From Verrucomicrobiales bacterium (GTDB taxonomy: Bacteria > Verrucomicrobiota > Verrucomicrobiia > Verrucomicrobiales > DEV007), in NCBI GenBank assembly GCA_002708885.1, contig PAPL01000002.1:50697-88775 (forward strand): DNA of 38,079 nt. The letters are read 5' to 3'. Below the pieces are notes generated by a model that saw only the letters and a list, made by a program, of their open reading frames with translations, was not told where the DNA came from and searched no databases. A program made the translations under genes and the position numbers. Of the stretch, positions 18,296 to 27,896 are shown one piece after another (within the stretch, counting starts at the first letter, position 1; each line of letters opens with the position of its first letter).

Positions 18296-20032
18296 ATGAA
18301 AACAATTTTCCGTGTTTTTTCCTATCTCAAGCGTTATCCGAAGCTTGGCTCTTTGCAGCTTCTTTGTGCTGTAGTGGGTACCTTGCTCGCGATTGTTTTT
18401 CCTAATGTGGCTCGGTTAGTTCTTGATGTGGCTGTTCCTCAGCAAAGGGCCGATTTGTTGTTCAATTATACGGTTCTTGCGTGCGTTGCTTATTTTGGCA
18501 GAGATTTGCTTAATTCAGTACGAATTATGCTTAATAATACTTTCGAGCAGAAGATCATTTTCGACATTAGGAGTGACCTTTATCAGAAACTTCAAAGGTT
18601 ACCGTTGCGTTGGTTTGATAACAGGCCCACTGGAGACATAATGACTCGTGTGGCTGAGGATGTGACGGCCATGGAAAGGGTTCTCATTGACGGAATAGAA
18701 CAAGGAGTAGTCGCTTTATTACAGATAATAGCAGTTGGTTTCGTAATGTTCTGGATTAATCCTACCCTTGCCTGGTGGGCAGTGGTTCCCGTGCCACTAT
18801 TATTTATAGGAGCTCTAATTTATACTAGCACTAGGGACCGATACAGGACTGTTCGTAAGGCCACATCGGAAATGAATGCATTACTTCATGATAATATTTC
18901 CGGCATCCGTCAGATTAAGGCTTACACGATGGAGAAGGAAGAGCATCAAAGATTCAATGCTGCTAGTGATAAGGTCCGTAAGGCCACTCTTCGTACAATG
19001 TTTGCCTGGGCGATATATAATCCAACTATGAGTTTTGTTGGTGGGATCGGTTTTATTTTAGTGATGGGATTTGGAGGTAAGCTTGCTCTTGAAGGAGACA
19101 TGACACCTGGAGAAATCACAGCCTTCTTATTGTATTTGACTCTATTTTATGAACCAATCAGTCGTTTGCATCAGCTCAATCAGATGTTGCAGTCAGGCCG
19201 AGCAGCGGGCGAGAGAGTGTTTGAAATATTAGATGCTGATGAAGAGCCTGGTCTTGAATTAGGTCGGGAATTGCCTGAACCGGTCAAAGGGAACGTCGTT
19301 TATCGTGATGTTTCTTTCAGTTACGGTGATGAATTATCTACCATCAAGGGGGTCGATTTGGTTGCGGATCCTGGTCAAACCATAGCTTTGGTTGGTCCGA
19401 CAGGAGCGGGCAAGACGACATTAATTAATTTATTAACAAGGTTCTATGAATACAATGAAGGGCAGATTCTTGTGGATGGAGTTGAGGTTAACTCAATAAA
19501 GAAGAAATCTCTGCGCAATGCAATCGGATACGTGACTCAGGAAAGTTTCCTTTTTAACGGCACCGTAAGAGAAAATTTATTAATCGCGAACAGAGAATCA
19601 ACTGATGAGCAGATCTGGGAATCTCTGAAGGTTGCAAATGCGGCTGATTTTGTTAGGCGATTACCTCAAGGATTGGATACTCAAGTAGGCGAACGTGGAG
19701 TAAAACTTAGTGTGGGTGAAAAGCAAAGAGTCAGCGTGGCCCGTTCCTTACTGAAGAATCCTCCGATCCTTCTTTTGGATGAGGCAACGGCCAGTGTTGA
19801 TACTGAAACCGAAAGGCTGATTCAGGAAGCTCTTGAGAGGCTGATGCAGAACAGGACTAGCTTTGTCATAGCTCACCGTTTAAGCACAGTGCGTGGAGCT
19901 GACCGGATCTACGTCCTTAAAGATGGTGAGCTCATTGAAAGTGGGAATCATAAAGAACTTTTGTCTCAATCAGGTCTATACGCAGATCTTTGCAGGACAA
20001 GTTTTTTGGACGAGACTAACGAATCTTCTTAA
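18296..20032 (+). CDS. ABC exporter, fused permease/ATPase (MsbA-like type I exporter)
   Basis: It has a 6-TM N-terminal half, then Walker A (GPTGAGKTT), the ABC signature (LSVGEKQR), Walker B (ILLLDEATS) and the H-loop (IAHRLST). Confidence 0.9.
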   Translation: MKTIFRVFSYLKRYPKLGSLQLLCAVVGTLLAIVFPNVARLVLDVAVPQQRADLLFNYTVLACVAYFGRDLLNSVRIMLNNTFEQKIIFDIRSDLYQKLQRLPLRWFDNRPTGDIMTRVAEDVTAMERVLIDGIEQGVVALLQIIAVGFVMFWINPTLAWWAVVPVPLLFIGALIYTSTRDRYRTVRKATSEMNALLHDNISGIRQIKAYTMEKEEHQRFNAASDKVRKATLRTMFAWAIYNPTMSFVGGIGFILVMGFGGKLALEGDMTPGEITAFLLYLTLFYEPISRLHQLNQMLQSGRAAGERVFEILDADEEPGLELGRELPEPVKGNVVYRDVSFSYGDELSTIKGVDLVADPGQTIALVGPTGAGKTTLINLLTRFYEYNEGQILVDGVEVNSIKKKSLRNAIGYVTQESFLFNGTVRENLLIANRESTDEQIWESLKVANAADFVRRLPQGLDTQVGERGVKLSVGEKQRVSVARSLLKNPPILLLDEATASVDTETERLIQEALERLMQNRTSFVIAHRLSTVRGADRIYVLKDGELIESGNHKELLSQSGLYADLCRTSFLDETNESS

Positions 20033-20578
20033 TTATTCATCTAATATCAGCGATCTTGTCTTTGTGTCTTTGTTGAAGGAGAAGATTCCTTTCTTTTTCC
20101 CTTCTCTGTATTCAATTACATTTTTTTGGCCCTCAAGATCATCAAAAAAAATCGAATTTTGTATTTTGCATTGCTTGGGCATGGTTTCTGCACCCAAAAT
20201 GAATTCAAAATAGAGCCAGGCATTTGTAATGCCTACTTCCTTATCTAACCACTTAGGGATGATTTTTTTTCCTGTTGGCAGAGTAATATAAAAATTCTTA
20301 TTTAAATAAGAACAGATGTCTTTTTCAACGCCTTCGGTATTTTCAATGTCTATTTGTTTATCGATTTTTTTGGACAAGGCAGATTCTAGATCAACAACTC
20401 TTACCCTGAGAGCAATTTCAATGGACTGTGTTTTGGGGTTCCAAACCGCTTCCGCAAATGTGGCGTGTACCGGATGGGCTCCGGCAGGAGAGATGAAATA
20501 TACCAAAAAATGAATAAATAAGGTAAACGTTAATAGTTTACGATGAGTCCTTTTCAGAACTTTTCTTTTTCTTTTCAT
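20033..20578 (-). CDS. Secreted DUF6702-like protein (hypothetical)
   Basis: It has a signal peptide (LLTFTLFIHFLVYFISPAGA|H). The mature start, HPVHATFAEAVWNPKTQSIEIALRV, matches my recollection of the DUF6702 N-terminal pattern. That family often neighbours M1 peptidases. The assignment is from memory only. Confidence 0.55.
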   Translation of the reverse strand: MKRKRKVLKRTHRKLLTFTLFIHFLVYFISPAGAHPVHATFAEAVWNPKTQSIEIALRVRVVDLESALSKKIDKQIDIENTEGVEKDICSYLNKNFYITLPTGKKIIPKWLDKEVGITNAWLYFEFILGAETMPKQCKIQNSIFFDDLEGQKNVIEYREGKKKGIFSFNKDTKTRSLILDE

Positions 20579-22907
20579 TTTGTTGTTCTTTGGACCGGTT
20601 CTCCTCCTCCTTAGCTTTCTGCATTGGGTTTTTCCCTTTTTTCCTTTTTTGTAATTGGAACCGAGATTCTATCGGGCGAGGAGGCCAATAATTATTATTT
20701 CTGTCCGTGTCGGCAGTTTCCAGCATTGGATCGATCTCAATTTGAGTGATCTCTTTTTTAGCAATGACTAATTTCTTTACTGTTCTGGTATTTCTTTTCC
20801 AGATTTCAGCGGGAATTCTCATGGTCCCTTTTTTCCCATTCGCATATGTGATATCGAGAATGACTGGAGAAACAAGACCTCCAATATTTTCAATTTCAAT
20901 CACATAGAACTTTCTTCTCAGAGATAGTAATTTTAGTTCCTCAGGCTCAAGACTTTTCAAAAAATCATTGTATTCTCTTCGGTCACTTTGGGTCACATCA
21001 AGTGGATCAAATTTATTATAAAAATCAAGAAGATCTCGGTTCTCATCTACCAATTTAGGTAATGGCTTATTCCTTAAATCAATTAGATCCTTGGCTTCTT
21101 CCTCTTCTCTTTTTTCTTTTTTGATTGGTTTTTCTATGTCTGGATCTTTGGTGTCAATCTGATAAAGGCGCAAAGACTTCATTGCCAGGTCAACATTATT
21201 TGTTGTGTAGAACCATCCCCGCCAAAACCAATCAAGGTCCACGCCTGAAGCATCTTCCATGGTCCGGAAGAAGTCAGCAGGTTCTGGCCTTTTATACATC
21301 CAGCGTTCGGAGTATTCTTTAAAAGCAAAGTCAAACAATTCACGTCCAAGTACGGTTTCTCTTAATACATTTAGTGCGGTTGCAGGTTTACTGTAGGCAT
21401 TATTACCGAACTGATGAATTGATTCTGAATTTGTCATTATGGGCCTCTGAATTGTACTGGCCATATAACCAGTTATGCCTTTTGGTTTGCCCCTTCCGGA
21501 TGACCATTTTTGTTGCCATTCTGCCTGAGCTAGAAATTGGAGAAAAGTATTAAGGCCCTCGTCCATCCAGGTCCATTGCCTTTCATCAGAATTAACGATC
21601 ATAGGGAACCAATTGTGACCCACTTCGTGTATTACAACTCCTATAAGAGCATTTTTAGTGCCTTCAGAATAGGTGCCGTCCTCTTCTGGCCTTGGTCCAT
21701 TAAAACAAATCATTGGATATTCCATACCAAAGACTGGCCCGTTCACGCTTATGGCCACAGGATACGGATAATCAAAAGTAAATTTTGAATAAATATCCAG
21801 GGTGTGGGTTATGGATGCAGTAGAATACTTACTCCAGAGAGGTTCGGCCTCGTTAGGGTAGAAGGACATTGCCCATGCTCGCTTTCCTGGTGCAAATTCA
21901 TGGTACTTTGCGTCCCAAATAAATTTACGGGAAGAAGCCCAGGCAAAGTCTCTGACATTTTTAGCTTTAAAAATCCAAGTCTTAGTATTTTTCGGCTTAT
22001 TCTTATTTTCCTGAGTTTTTTTTGCTTCATCTGGACTGACCATGAAAATGGTTTTTCCCGTTTTCATAGCACTTTGCCAGCGTTTATTTTGCTCATCGCT
22101 CAGTACTTGTTGGGGATTTTGAAGTTCACCTGTCGCGGCAACAATGTGGTCAGAGGGAGCTGTTATTTCCACTTTGTAATCTCCAAATTCAAGAGTGAAT
22201 TCTCCTCTTCCCAGAAACTGTTTGTGTTGCCATCCCGTATAATCTGTATAGGAGGCCATTCTCGGAAACCACTGTGCCAGTTCATAAATATAGTTTTTGT
22301 CCTTTTTAAAAAATTCATAGCCTCCGCGTGCTCGGTTAAGGTCAGCATCGATAATATTATGTTCCCACTCGACGCTGAAAATAAATTTTGATTTTGGATC
22401 GAGTGGTTTTTGGAGGTCAATTCTCATCATTGTTCCAACTGTTTGGGTCTTTAACGGATTTCCTTTGCTGTCCATTACCTTTTTGATTTTGTACCCTCCA
22501 TCAAAAGACTGACGATACAGTTGAGACCTCAATCCATTGAAGCTTATTCCGTCAAGGTTAGGAGCTTCCTGAGTCAATGTCTCATCTGATCCGGGTGCAA
22601 ATCGGTTCTGATCAAGTTGCAACCAGAGATAATTTAAGGAATGGGGTGAGTTGTTTTTATAAGATATAGTTTCGAATCCTTTTAATTGTTGTTTTATGTC
22701 ATCCAGTGAAACCTTGATGTCATAATCCACTTTTTGTTGCCAGTAATGGGGGCCAGGTGCTCCGGAGGCTAATCGTGATTCATTGGGAGTAGGTAGTAAT
22801 TCATGAATTTGACGGAAAGGATCATCTTCATATGAGGGTAATTGGCCAAGGCACGGATTGGAGAGGTACAATGTTATGCCAATGAATAGATAGACAGATT
22901 GTTTCAT
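20538..22907 (-). CDS. M1-family zinc metallopeptidase, secreted, with a Lys/Glu-rich C-terminal tail
   Basis: It has the HExxH-x18-E gluzincin motif (VIHEVGHNWF...WMDEGLNTF) and a signal peptide ending NPCLG|Q. The last ~40 aa are a KE-rich low-complexity stretch. It overlaps the DUF6702-like gene by 41 bp. Confidence 0.9.
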   Translation of the reverse strand: MKQSVYLFIGITLYLSNPCLGQLPSYEDDPFRQIHELLPTPNESRLASGAPGPHYWQQKVDYDIKVSLDDIKQQLKGFETISYKNNSPHSLNYLWLQLDQNRFAPGSDETLTQEAPNLDGISFNGLRSQLYRQSFDGGYKIKKVMDSKGNPLKTQTVGTMMRIDLQKPLDPKSKFIFSVEWEHNIIDADLNRARGGYEFFKKDKNYIYELAQWFPRMASYTDYTGWQHKQFLGRGEFTLEFGDYKVEITAPSDHIVAATGELQNPQQVLSDEQNKRWQSAMKTGKTIFMVSPDEAKKTQENKNKPKNTKTWIFKAKNVRDFAWASSRKFIWDAKYHEFAPGKRAWAMSFYPNEAEPLWSKYSTASITHTLDIYSKFTFDYPYPVAISVNGPVFGMEYPMICFNGPRPEEDGTYSEGTKNALIGVVIHEVGHNWFPMIVNSDERQWTWMDEGLNTFLQFLAQAEWQQKWSSGRGKPKGITGYMASTIQRPIMTNSESIHQFGNNAYSKPATALNVLRETVLGRELFDFAFKEYSERWMYKRPEPADFFRTMEDASGVDLDWFWRGWFYTTNNVDLAMKSLRLYQIDTKDPDIEKPIKKEKREEEEAKDLIDLRNKPLPKLVDENRDLLDFYNKFDPLDVTQSDRREYNDFLKSLEPEELKLLSLRRKFYVIEIENIGGLVSPVILDITYANGKKGTMRIPAEIWKRNTRTVKKLVIAKKEITQIEIDPMLETADTDRNNNYWPPRPIESRFQLQKRKKGKNPMQKAKEEENRSKEQQNEKKKKSSEKDSS

Positions 22908-23052
22908 GGTGTTTTGAGGATGGATCGTTTTCCGGGGCCGTTAAGCTAATCCTATAGTGCTGTTTCTGCAATTTCTAGATTAACTATATTTATGATAACA
23001 AGGACTTAACTAATTTTCCCTATAAATAAGTGACTTGAAGCGAAATGACTAA

Positions 23053-23979
23053 TTATGTCGATCTGGTGATGCGAAGCTCACGGCGGACCAATGATGATAT
23101 GATGTCTCCGGTCATAACGATGAGTGCACCCAATAGTATAAATACAAGCATTCGATCAAAGTCTCTTCCGGCCTTCGCATCATTAATCAGATAGCCCAGT
23201 GAAACAATGCCCAGCATTCCTAGGACCGTCGATTCACGGATACAAGTTTCCCATCTATAAAAGAAGTAGACCAGCATACGGTTAAATGAATCAGGAAGAA
23301 TTGTTGATAAGAAAGAACTGTAACGTCCTCCTCCCTGCGCCAGCATAATTCGCGCTGATTCATTAGCGCTATTTTCAACCAGTTCCGAACCTAGCCTTCC
23401 GAGAATGCCGAAGTTATGTATGGCCAGAGCTAAAACAAGAACCCAAGGGTCGGGACCAAGAATTGAGATGAGGAGGAATCCGAGAACATATTCGGGCAGG
23501 CTTCGAGTAAATAAAAATAAGATTCGAGAAAGCTTATTAATGGCTAACCAGTAAAAAGACTTGAGTATATTGTTGCCCTGATTAATCCCGAGTGGTCTTT
23601 GATTTCCAAAATTTCTTGCAGAAACAGGCAAGAGAAGTAAGGCAAAAAATCCTGAAATTGTAATTGCTACAGTTGCAAGGCCGAAAGTGATTCCAGTGGC
23701 TTTTATCCCTTGACCATCCGTCAACAGACCGGTAATCCATGGCATAGAGTCTATCCACTGACCTGTTTCTCGAGTAGGGTCAGGGATTATTTTCTCTATG
23801 AATTTGTCTAAGTTTTCGCTTCTCTTCTCTTTAGTCACCAATGATTCATGGAGAGACCCTGCTGACCATGCCCAAGCCAATGAGACTATAAAGATTCCTA
23901 AACTGATTCTGAGAAACAGCGATTTGGATCTGTTTTGATGCAGTTCCTTAATTCTTAGCAGTCTGTTATCCGTGACCAT
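23053..23979 (-). CDS. phnE: Phosphonate-type ABC transporter permease
   Basis: It is a polytopic membrane protein with a binding-protein-dependent permease EAA-like loop (ESTVLGMLGIVSLGYLI). It is last in the phnD-C-E-E order. Its start shares 1 nt with the upstream stop (TAATG). Confidence 0.85.
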   Translation of the reverse strand: MVTDNRLLRIKELHQNRSKSLFLRISLGIFIVSLAWAWSAGSLHESLVTKEKRSENLDKFIEKIIPDPTRETGQWIDSMPWITGLLTDGQGIKATGITFGLATVAITISGFFALLLLPVSARNFGNQRPLGINQGNNILKSFYWLAINKLSRILFLFTRSLPEYVLGFLLISILGPDPWVLVLALAIHNFGILGRLGSELVENSANESARIMLAQGGGRYSSFLSTILPDSFNRMLVYFFYRWETCIRESTVLGMLGIVSLGYLINDAKAGRDFDRMLVFILLGALIVMTGDIISSLVRRELRITRST

Positions 23980-24863
23980 TAATTTATTTTTGATGCACTT
24001 AATCTTTTACGGATTGATCTGCTCCACCATTCGAGGATCGCTATGGTTCCGAATAACACATATAGGTATGTCCATACCTCATGATAATGGAATTCATCTG
24101 AGGATAACTTGATTCTATATCCTATAGTCTCAATGCCGATGAACCCAAACACAGTTGCTGTTCTTAGTGCACATTCGAGTCTGTAAAATGTATACGAAAA
24201 AAGATCAGGCAGAGCCTGAGGAATAATTCCTATGCAAAATGAACTTAAGGTGCCTGCGCCAATGGATCTGAAAAGTTCCTGAACATCTCTTGAATGTTCC
24301 TCTATTATTTCAGAGTAGATCTTAGCTAATATTCCGGAAAATGGAATGGCTACGGCAATAATTGCCGCAGTCGTAGATATTCCCATCGCGGTGATGAAGA
24401 GAAGTCCCCACATCAGTTCATGTATAGATCTTGCAAAAGCTATCCATGATTTGGCAACAATGAGTGTGCCCATGAGAATTGGTTTTATTTTCTGTCTATT
24501 TTTTTTAGGCCACCATGCTGTGGTAGAAAAAAAAGCGAGAATGGCTCCGATGGGTATCGAAACACTCATGGCTAATAGAGCAAAACGAAGTGTCATTAGT
24601 ACGGATTTGACTACTGTGATGAGGAACGGCTCGGTCCCAGGCACAGGGTTCTCGTAATCCATGGCTGGAGCGAACGCTGCACCCAGAAAATCTCCAACCA
24701 ATTTAAGATTATTGCCGTTCAATAACCGCAGCGGGTTTAACCCGATCAGATAACTGCAAGAAATTGCAATTAAAGCGATAGCAATAAGTGATTTCCGGCG
24801 AGGACTAAATAATTGTTCGATCGGAATTGTGTTGAGACGTATGTTGTTAGCATTCCCCATCAT
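23979..24863 (-). CDS. phnE: Phosphonate-type ABC transporter permease
   Basis: It is a paralogous permease (TATVFGFIGIETIGYRI). The track start at 24881 is GTG; ATG codons lie at 24863 and 24860. Either start overlaps the phnC 3' end. Confidence 0.85.
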   Translation of the reverse strand: MMGNANNIRLNTIPIEQLFSPRRKSLIAIALIAISCSYLIGLNPLRLLNGNNLKLVGDFLGAAFAPAMDYENPVPGTEPFLITVVKSVLMTLRFALLAMSVSIPIGAILAFFSTTAWWPKKNRQKIKPILMGTLIVAKSWIAFARSIHELMWGLLFITAMGISTTAAIIAVAIPFSGILAKIYSEIIEEHSRDVQELFRSIGAGTLSSFCIGIIPQALPDLFSYTFYRLECALRTATVFGFIGIETIGYRIKLSSDEFHYHEVWTYLYVLFGTIAILEWWSRSIRKRLSASKIN

Positions 24864-25644
24864 CAAGAATTTCTCTTTCACTTAGAGTGTAGAGTTCTTT
24901 AAATTTATTTTCGTTCAGATCTTCTGGGGCACTATCAAATTCGACTTTGCCGTTACGTAATCCAATCAATCGAGGAAAATGGGCCTTAGCCAATTCAAGA
25001 TTATGAAGGCTCATTACTAGAGTAATGTTTTCTTCTTGTGATATTTGATTAAGTAGTTGGACAAGATTCTCTGCTCGGGCAGGGTCAACGCTCGAGACAG
25101 GCTCATCAGCAAGAATAGCTTGTGGATTCTGATAAAGGGCCCTTCCAAGTGCTACTCTTTGCTTTTGTCCTCCCGACAGGTTCGAGGTCGTTTCGAAGAG
25201 TTTCTCCTCAATGCCTAGTCTTTCGAGTATTGAGTGGATTCGTAGTATTTTATTTTTGGAAGGAAATATCAGGTCAATCAAATTGCCCAAGAATCCACGC
25301 TCACCGATTTTGCCGGTGATTATGTTTTGCCATACTCTTAAACTTTCTACTAGTGCAAGGTTTTGAGGGATCGTTGCAATTTTTGATCGGATTTTTTTAA
25401 GATTTCTTCCTGAAGTTTTTTCCAATGCATTGCCTAATACCGTGATCTTTCCTGTGCTCGCTCGGACCGTTGAATTGAATAGATTAAGCAAAGTTGTTTT
25501 TCCGCTTCCGCTCGGTCCCACAATAGCGATCCGTTCTCCCCGCTTAATGCTTAGGGTCGTAGGATTAAGGGCGGAAATATTCTCATAATTGCGCCCTGCA
25601 CTTTCTAGACTGAAAGTGTCAGGACGCTCATGAGTAAGATTCAT
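24847..25644 (-). CDS. phnC: Phosphonate-type ABC transporter ATP-binding protein
   Basis: It has Walker A (GPSGSGKTT), the signature (LSGGQKQR) and Walker B (AILADEPVS). The gene order is phnD-phnC-phnE-phnE. Confidence 0.9.
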   Translation of the reverse strand: MNLTHERPDTFSLESAGRNYENISALNPTTLSIKRGERIAIVGPSGSGKTTLLNLFNSTVRASTGKITVLGNALEKTSGRNLKKIRSKIATIPQNLALVESLRVWQNIITGKIGERGFLGNLIDLIFPSKNKILRIHSILERLGIEEKLFETTSNLSGGQKQRVALGRALYQNPQAILADEPVSSVDPARAENLVQLLNQISQEENITLVMSLHNLELAKAHFPRLIGLRNGKVEFDSAPEDLNENKFKELYTLSEREILDDGEC

Positions 25645-25649
25645 TACTC

Positions 25650-26564
25650 TTAATTATTTAAGAGTCCCAGTTTTTTGGCGATGTCTTCGATGCCCTGGAA
25701 ATCTTCATTTTTTGCAGAGATGATTTTCGACCTGGTCAGGGCCTTAAGTAATCCCTCATCGGATATTTCAATTAATGCTGCTTGTATTTTATCAATGAAT
25801 CCTTCTCCATAAATTTGATTCAATTCAGGATGAGCGGTCCAGTTATAGTCAGCATAAGGAGGCGTCTTCCAAATGATTTTGCATTTCTCTTTATCAAGTT
25901 TTCCTGACTCTACCATGCTGTCATATTTTTTATAACTGAGAGCCCCGACCTGGAAGGCTCCTGACTCGACAAGTTTGGCGGTCTTATCATGTGCACCCGA
26001 AAAACCGACTGGAAGGGAGAACCATTCCTTAGGGTCTTTTCCTGTTTCTTGTTGAATAAAGAAACTGGGCATGAGTCTTCCGGAAGTGGATTTTTCCGAA
26101 CCGAAAGTGAATTTCATGTCCTTAATTTTTTCGGGAAATGATTCGCTCAGTTCGAGTCCCGTATCAGCATTTGCAATGAAGTAGGAAATGTAATTTGGAT
26201 CCTCGATTCCTTGGGCAATTGCCCGTGCTCCCTTGACTTCGTTCCTTGCTTGAACTCCAGTCAAGCCACCGAACCAAGTGAGGTGAATCTCCCCATTGAC
26301 AAATTTGGTGACCGCAGAGGCGTAATCAGTTGTGGGGATGAATTGAGTTTCTACTCCCAACTTTTCGGATAGATAGTCGGCAAACTTTTTGAACTTTGCT
26401 GTTTGCTCCGTTGTGTTTTCGTCAGGGATCGCAGAGAAACGCAGGATCTTCGTTGCGTTTGGATCGGACTTAGTCTTTCCAGCATTATTTTGGTTCTCAT
26501 TCTTGCAGCTGGAGGTCAAGAAGAGGGCGAGGATTGCCGGACCGACAAACATGATATTTTTCAT
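25650..26564 (-). CDS. phnD: Phosphonate/phosphite-type ABC transporter substrate-binding lipoprotein
   Basis: It has a lipoprotein-like signal (ILALFLTSSC), LRFSAIPDEN, and YASAVTKFVNGEIHLTWFGG, which is typical of the PhnD family. Confidence 0.85.
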   Translation of the reverse strand: MKNIMFVGPAILALFLTSSCKNENQNNAGKTKSDPNATKILRFSAIPDENTTEQTAKFKKFADYLSEKLGVETQFIPTTDYASAVTKFVNGEIHLTWFGGLTGVQARNEVKGARAIAQGIEDPNYISYFIANADTGLELSESFPEKIKDMKFTFGSEKSTSGRLMPSFFIQQETGKDPKEWFSLPVGFSGAHDKTAKLVESGAFQVGALSYKKYDSMVESGKLDKEKCKIIWKTPPYADYNWTAHPELNQIYGEGFIDKIQAALIEISDEGLLKALTRSKIISAKNEDFQGIEDIAKKLGLLNN

Positions 26565-26702
26565 CAGAATTTCAATTTTTGGTTTTTGATTAGGTGTTTC
26601 ATTTTAATTTAATTACAGATCACTACTATTTTTTGAGCGATAATAGCTATTGGAATCATTTATATAATTATATTTTTGATTAAATCAAATAGATTTAGCT
26701 GA

Positions 26703-27704
26703 TCACTCAATACCAAAACCTCTCAAAACGATCTTTCCAGTGGCTTTACCAGACTCAAGTAAGGAGTGGGCTTCTGCGATTCTTTCAAAGGGGAAAATTT
26801 CTTCATGAATAAGTGGTGTTATGGCTTCTTTTTCGACTCCATTAACAATTTCCTTAAGGATTTCCCCGTGAAGGACCTTGCCTTTATCTTGATTGTAAAG
26901 GATCGGAATGATCATGAAAACGACATGAAGTGAAAGTGCTTTCTGATGCAGTATGCTCAGATCACAGGTGATTCTCGTATTAACTGAAGTGACCCGTCCT
27001 TCTAATTTTGCAGCCTCGAAGCTTCGCATTAAGTTGTCTCCTCCGACAGTATCAAATACGACATCGAATCCCCTTTGGTCAGTATGTTCTTCAACGTATT
27101 GGGACACACTAAAATTACGGTAATTAATTGGTGTGGCTCCATAACCTTTGACTATTTCTGCTTTTTTCTCGGAAGACACGGTCGAGAAGACTTTAGCCCC
27201 TTTCATTTTGGCGAGTTGAATTGCCAAGTGTCCTACGCCTCCAGCTCCACCATGAACCAAAACAGATTCACCTTCTTTTATATTGGCACCTCTTATAAGA
27301 GCATCCCAGGCTGTTATCGATACCAGTGGCAGTGCGACGCATTCTTCGAGTGAGAGGTTAGTTGGTCTTTTTGCGAGGAGGTTTGCATCCACTAATTGAT
27401 ATTCCGCTAATGCTCCGGATTGTTCTTTAACGGCCCCGCTACAACCAAAAACTTCGTCTCCTTCAATGAATTTATTTACTCCATCACCGATCCCTTCAAT
27501 TGTCCCGGCAACATCAAAGCCGAGGACTCCGGTTTCGGGTACGAGAGATTTCAATAGGCCACTCCTAATTTTATAATCGATAGGATTGACGGTACTTGCC
27601 TTAACACGAATTAATACATGGCCTGGCTTTAATTCAGGCTTTGGAATTTCAGCTCTTTCAAATACTTCGGCTTCACCGAAATTCTTAATTACCATGGCTT
27701 TCAT
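26703..27704 (-). CDS. Zinc-type alcohol dehydrogenase / NADPH:quinone oxidoreductase family protein
   Basis: It has an MDR-family GroES-like N-terminus (MKAMVIKNFG...VLIRVKASTVNPID) and the Rossmann motif VHGGAGGVGHLAIQLAK. The track start at 27740 is TTG; the ATG at 27704 gives the typical N-terminus. Confidence 0.85.
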   Translation of the reverse strand: MKAMVIKNFGEAEVFERAEIPKPELKPGHVLIRVKASTVNPIDYKIRSGLLKSLVPETGVLGFDVAGTIEGIGDGVNKFIEGDEVFGCSGAVKEQSGALAEYQLVDANLLAKRPTNLSLEECVALPLVSITAWDALIRGANIKEGESVLVHGGAGGVGHLAIQLAKMKGAKVFSTVSSEKKAEIVKGYGATPINYRNFSVSQYVEEHTDQRGFDVVFDTVGGDNLMRSFEAAKLEGRVTSVNTRITCDLSILHQKALSLHVVFMIIPILYNQDKGKVLHGEILKEIVNGVEKEAITPLIHEEIFPFERIAEAHSLLESGKATGKIVLRGFGIE

Positions 27705-27896
27705 ATTATTTGAGACTAACAATCTATTGGGACTGGTCAATCATTCGATAATCGAAGGTTTTTTAATTTTTTTGGAATGGGCTAAAATTTTTATATGATA
27801 ATTGGTTTGAGAGTTGATTTGATAAGTTAACGAAGCCTGTTATTTAGTTAAGCTTGCCGAAATATTTAAAATTGAATATTAGGTCATTGGGTTCAC

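Noticed and set aside
21804-22391. A 195-aa ORF lies on the + strand inside the M1 peptidase gene. Similar long antisense or shadow ORFs occur at 6351-6734, 6810-7223, 35711-36103, 7693-7998 and 28688-29051.
   Set aside because: All lie fully within strongly supported genes on the opposite strand or in another frame. Their translations are Cys/Phe/Ser/Leu-rich with no motifs, which is typical mirror-frame noise rather than overlapping genes.
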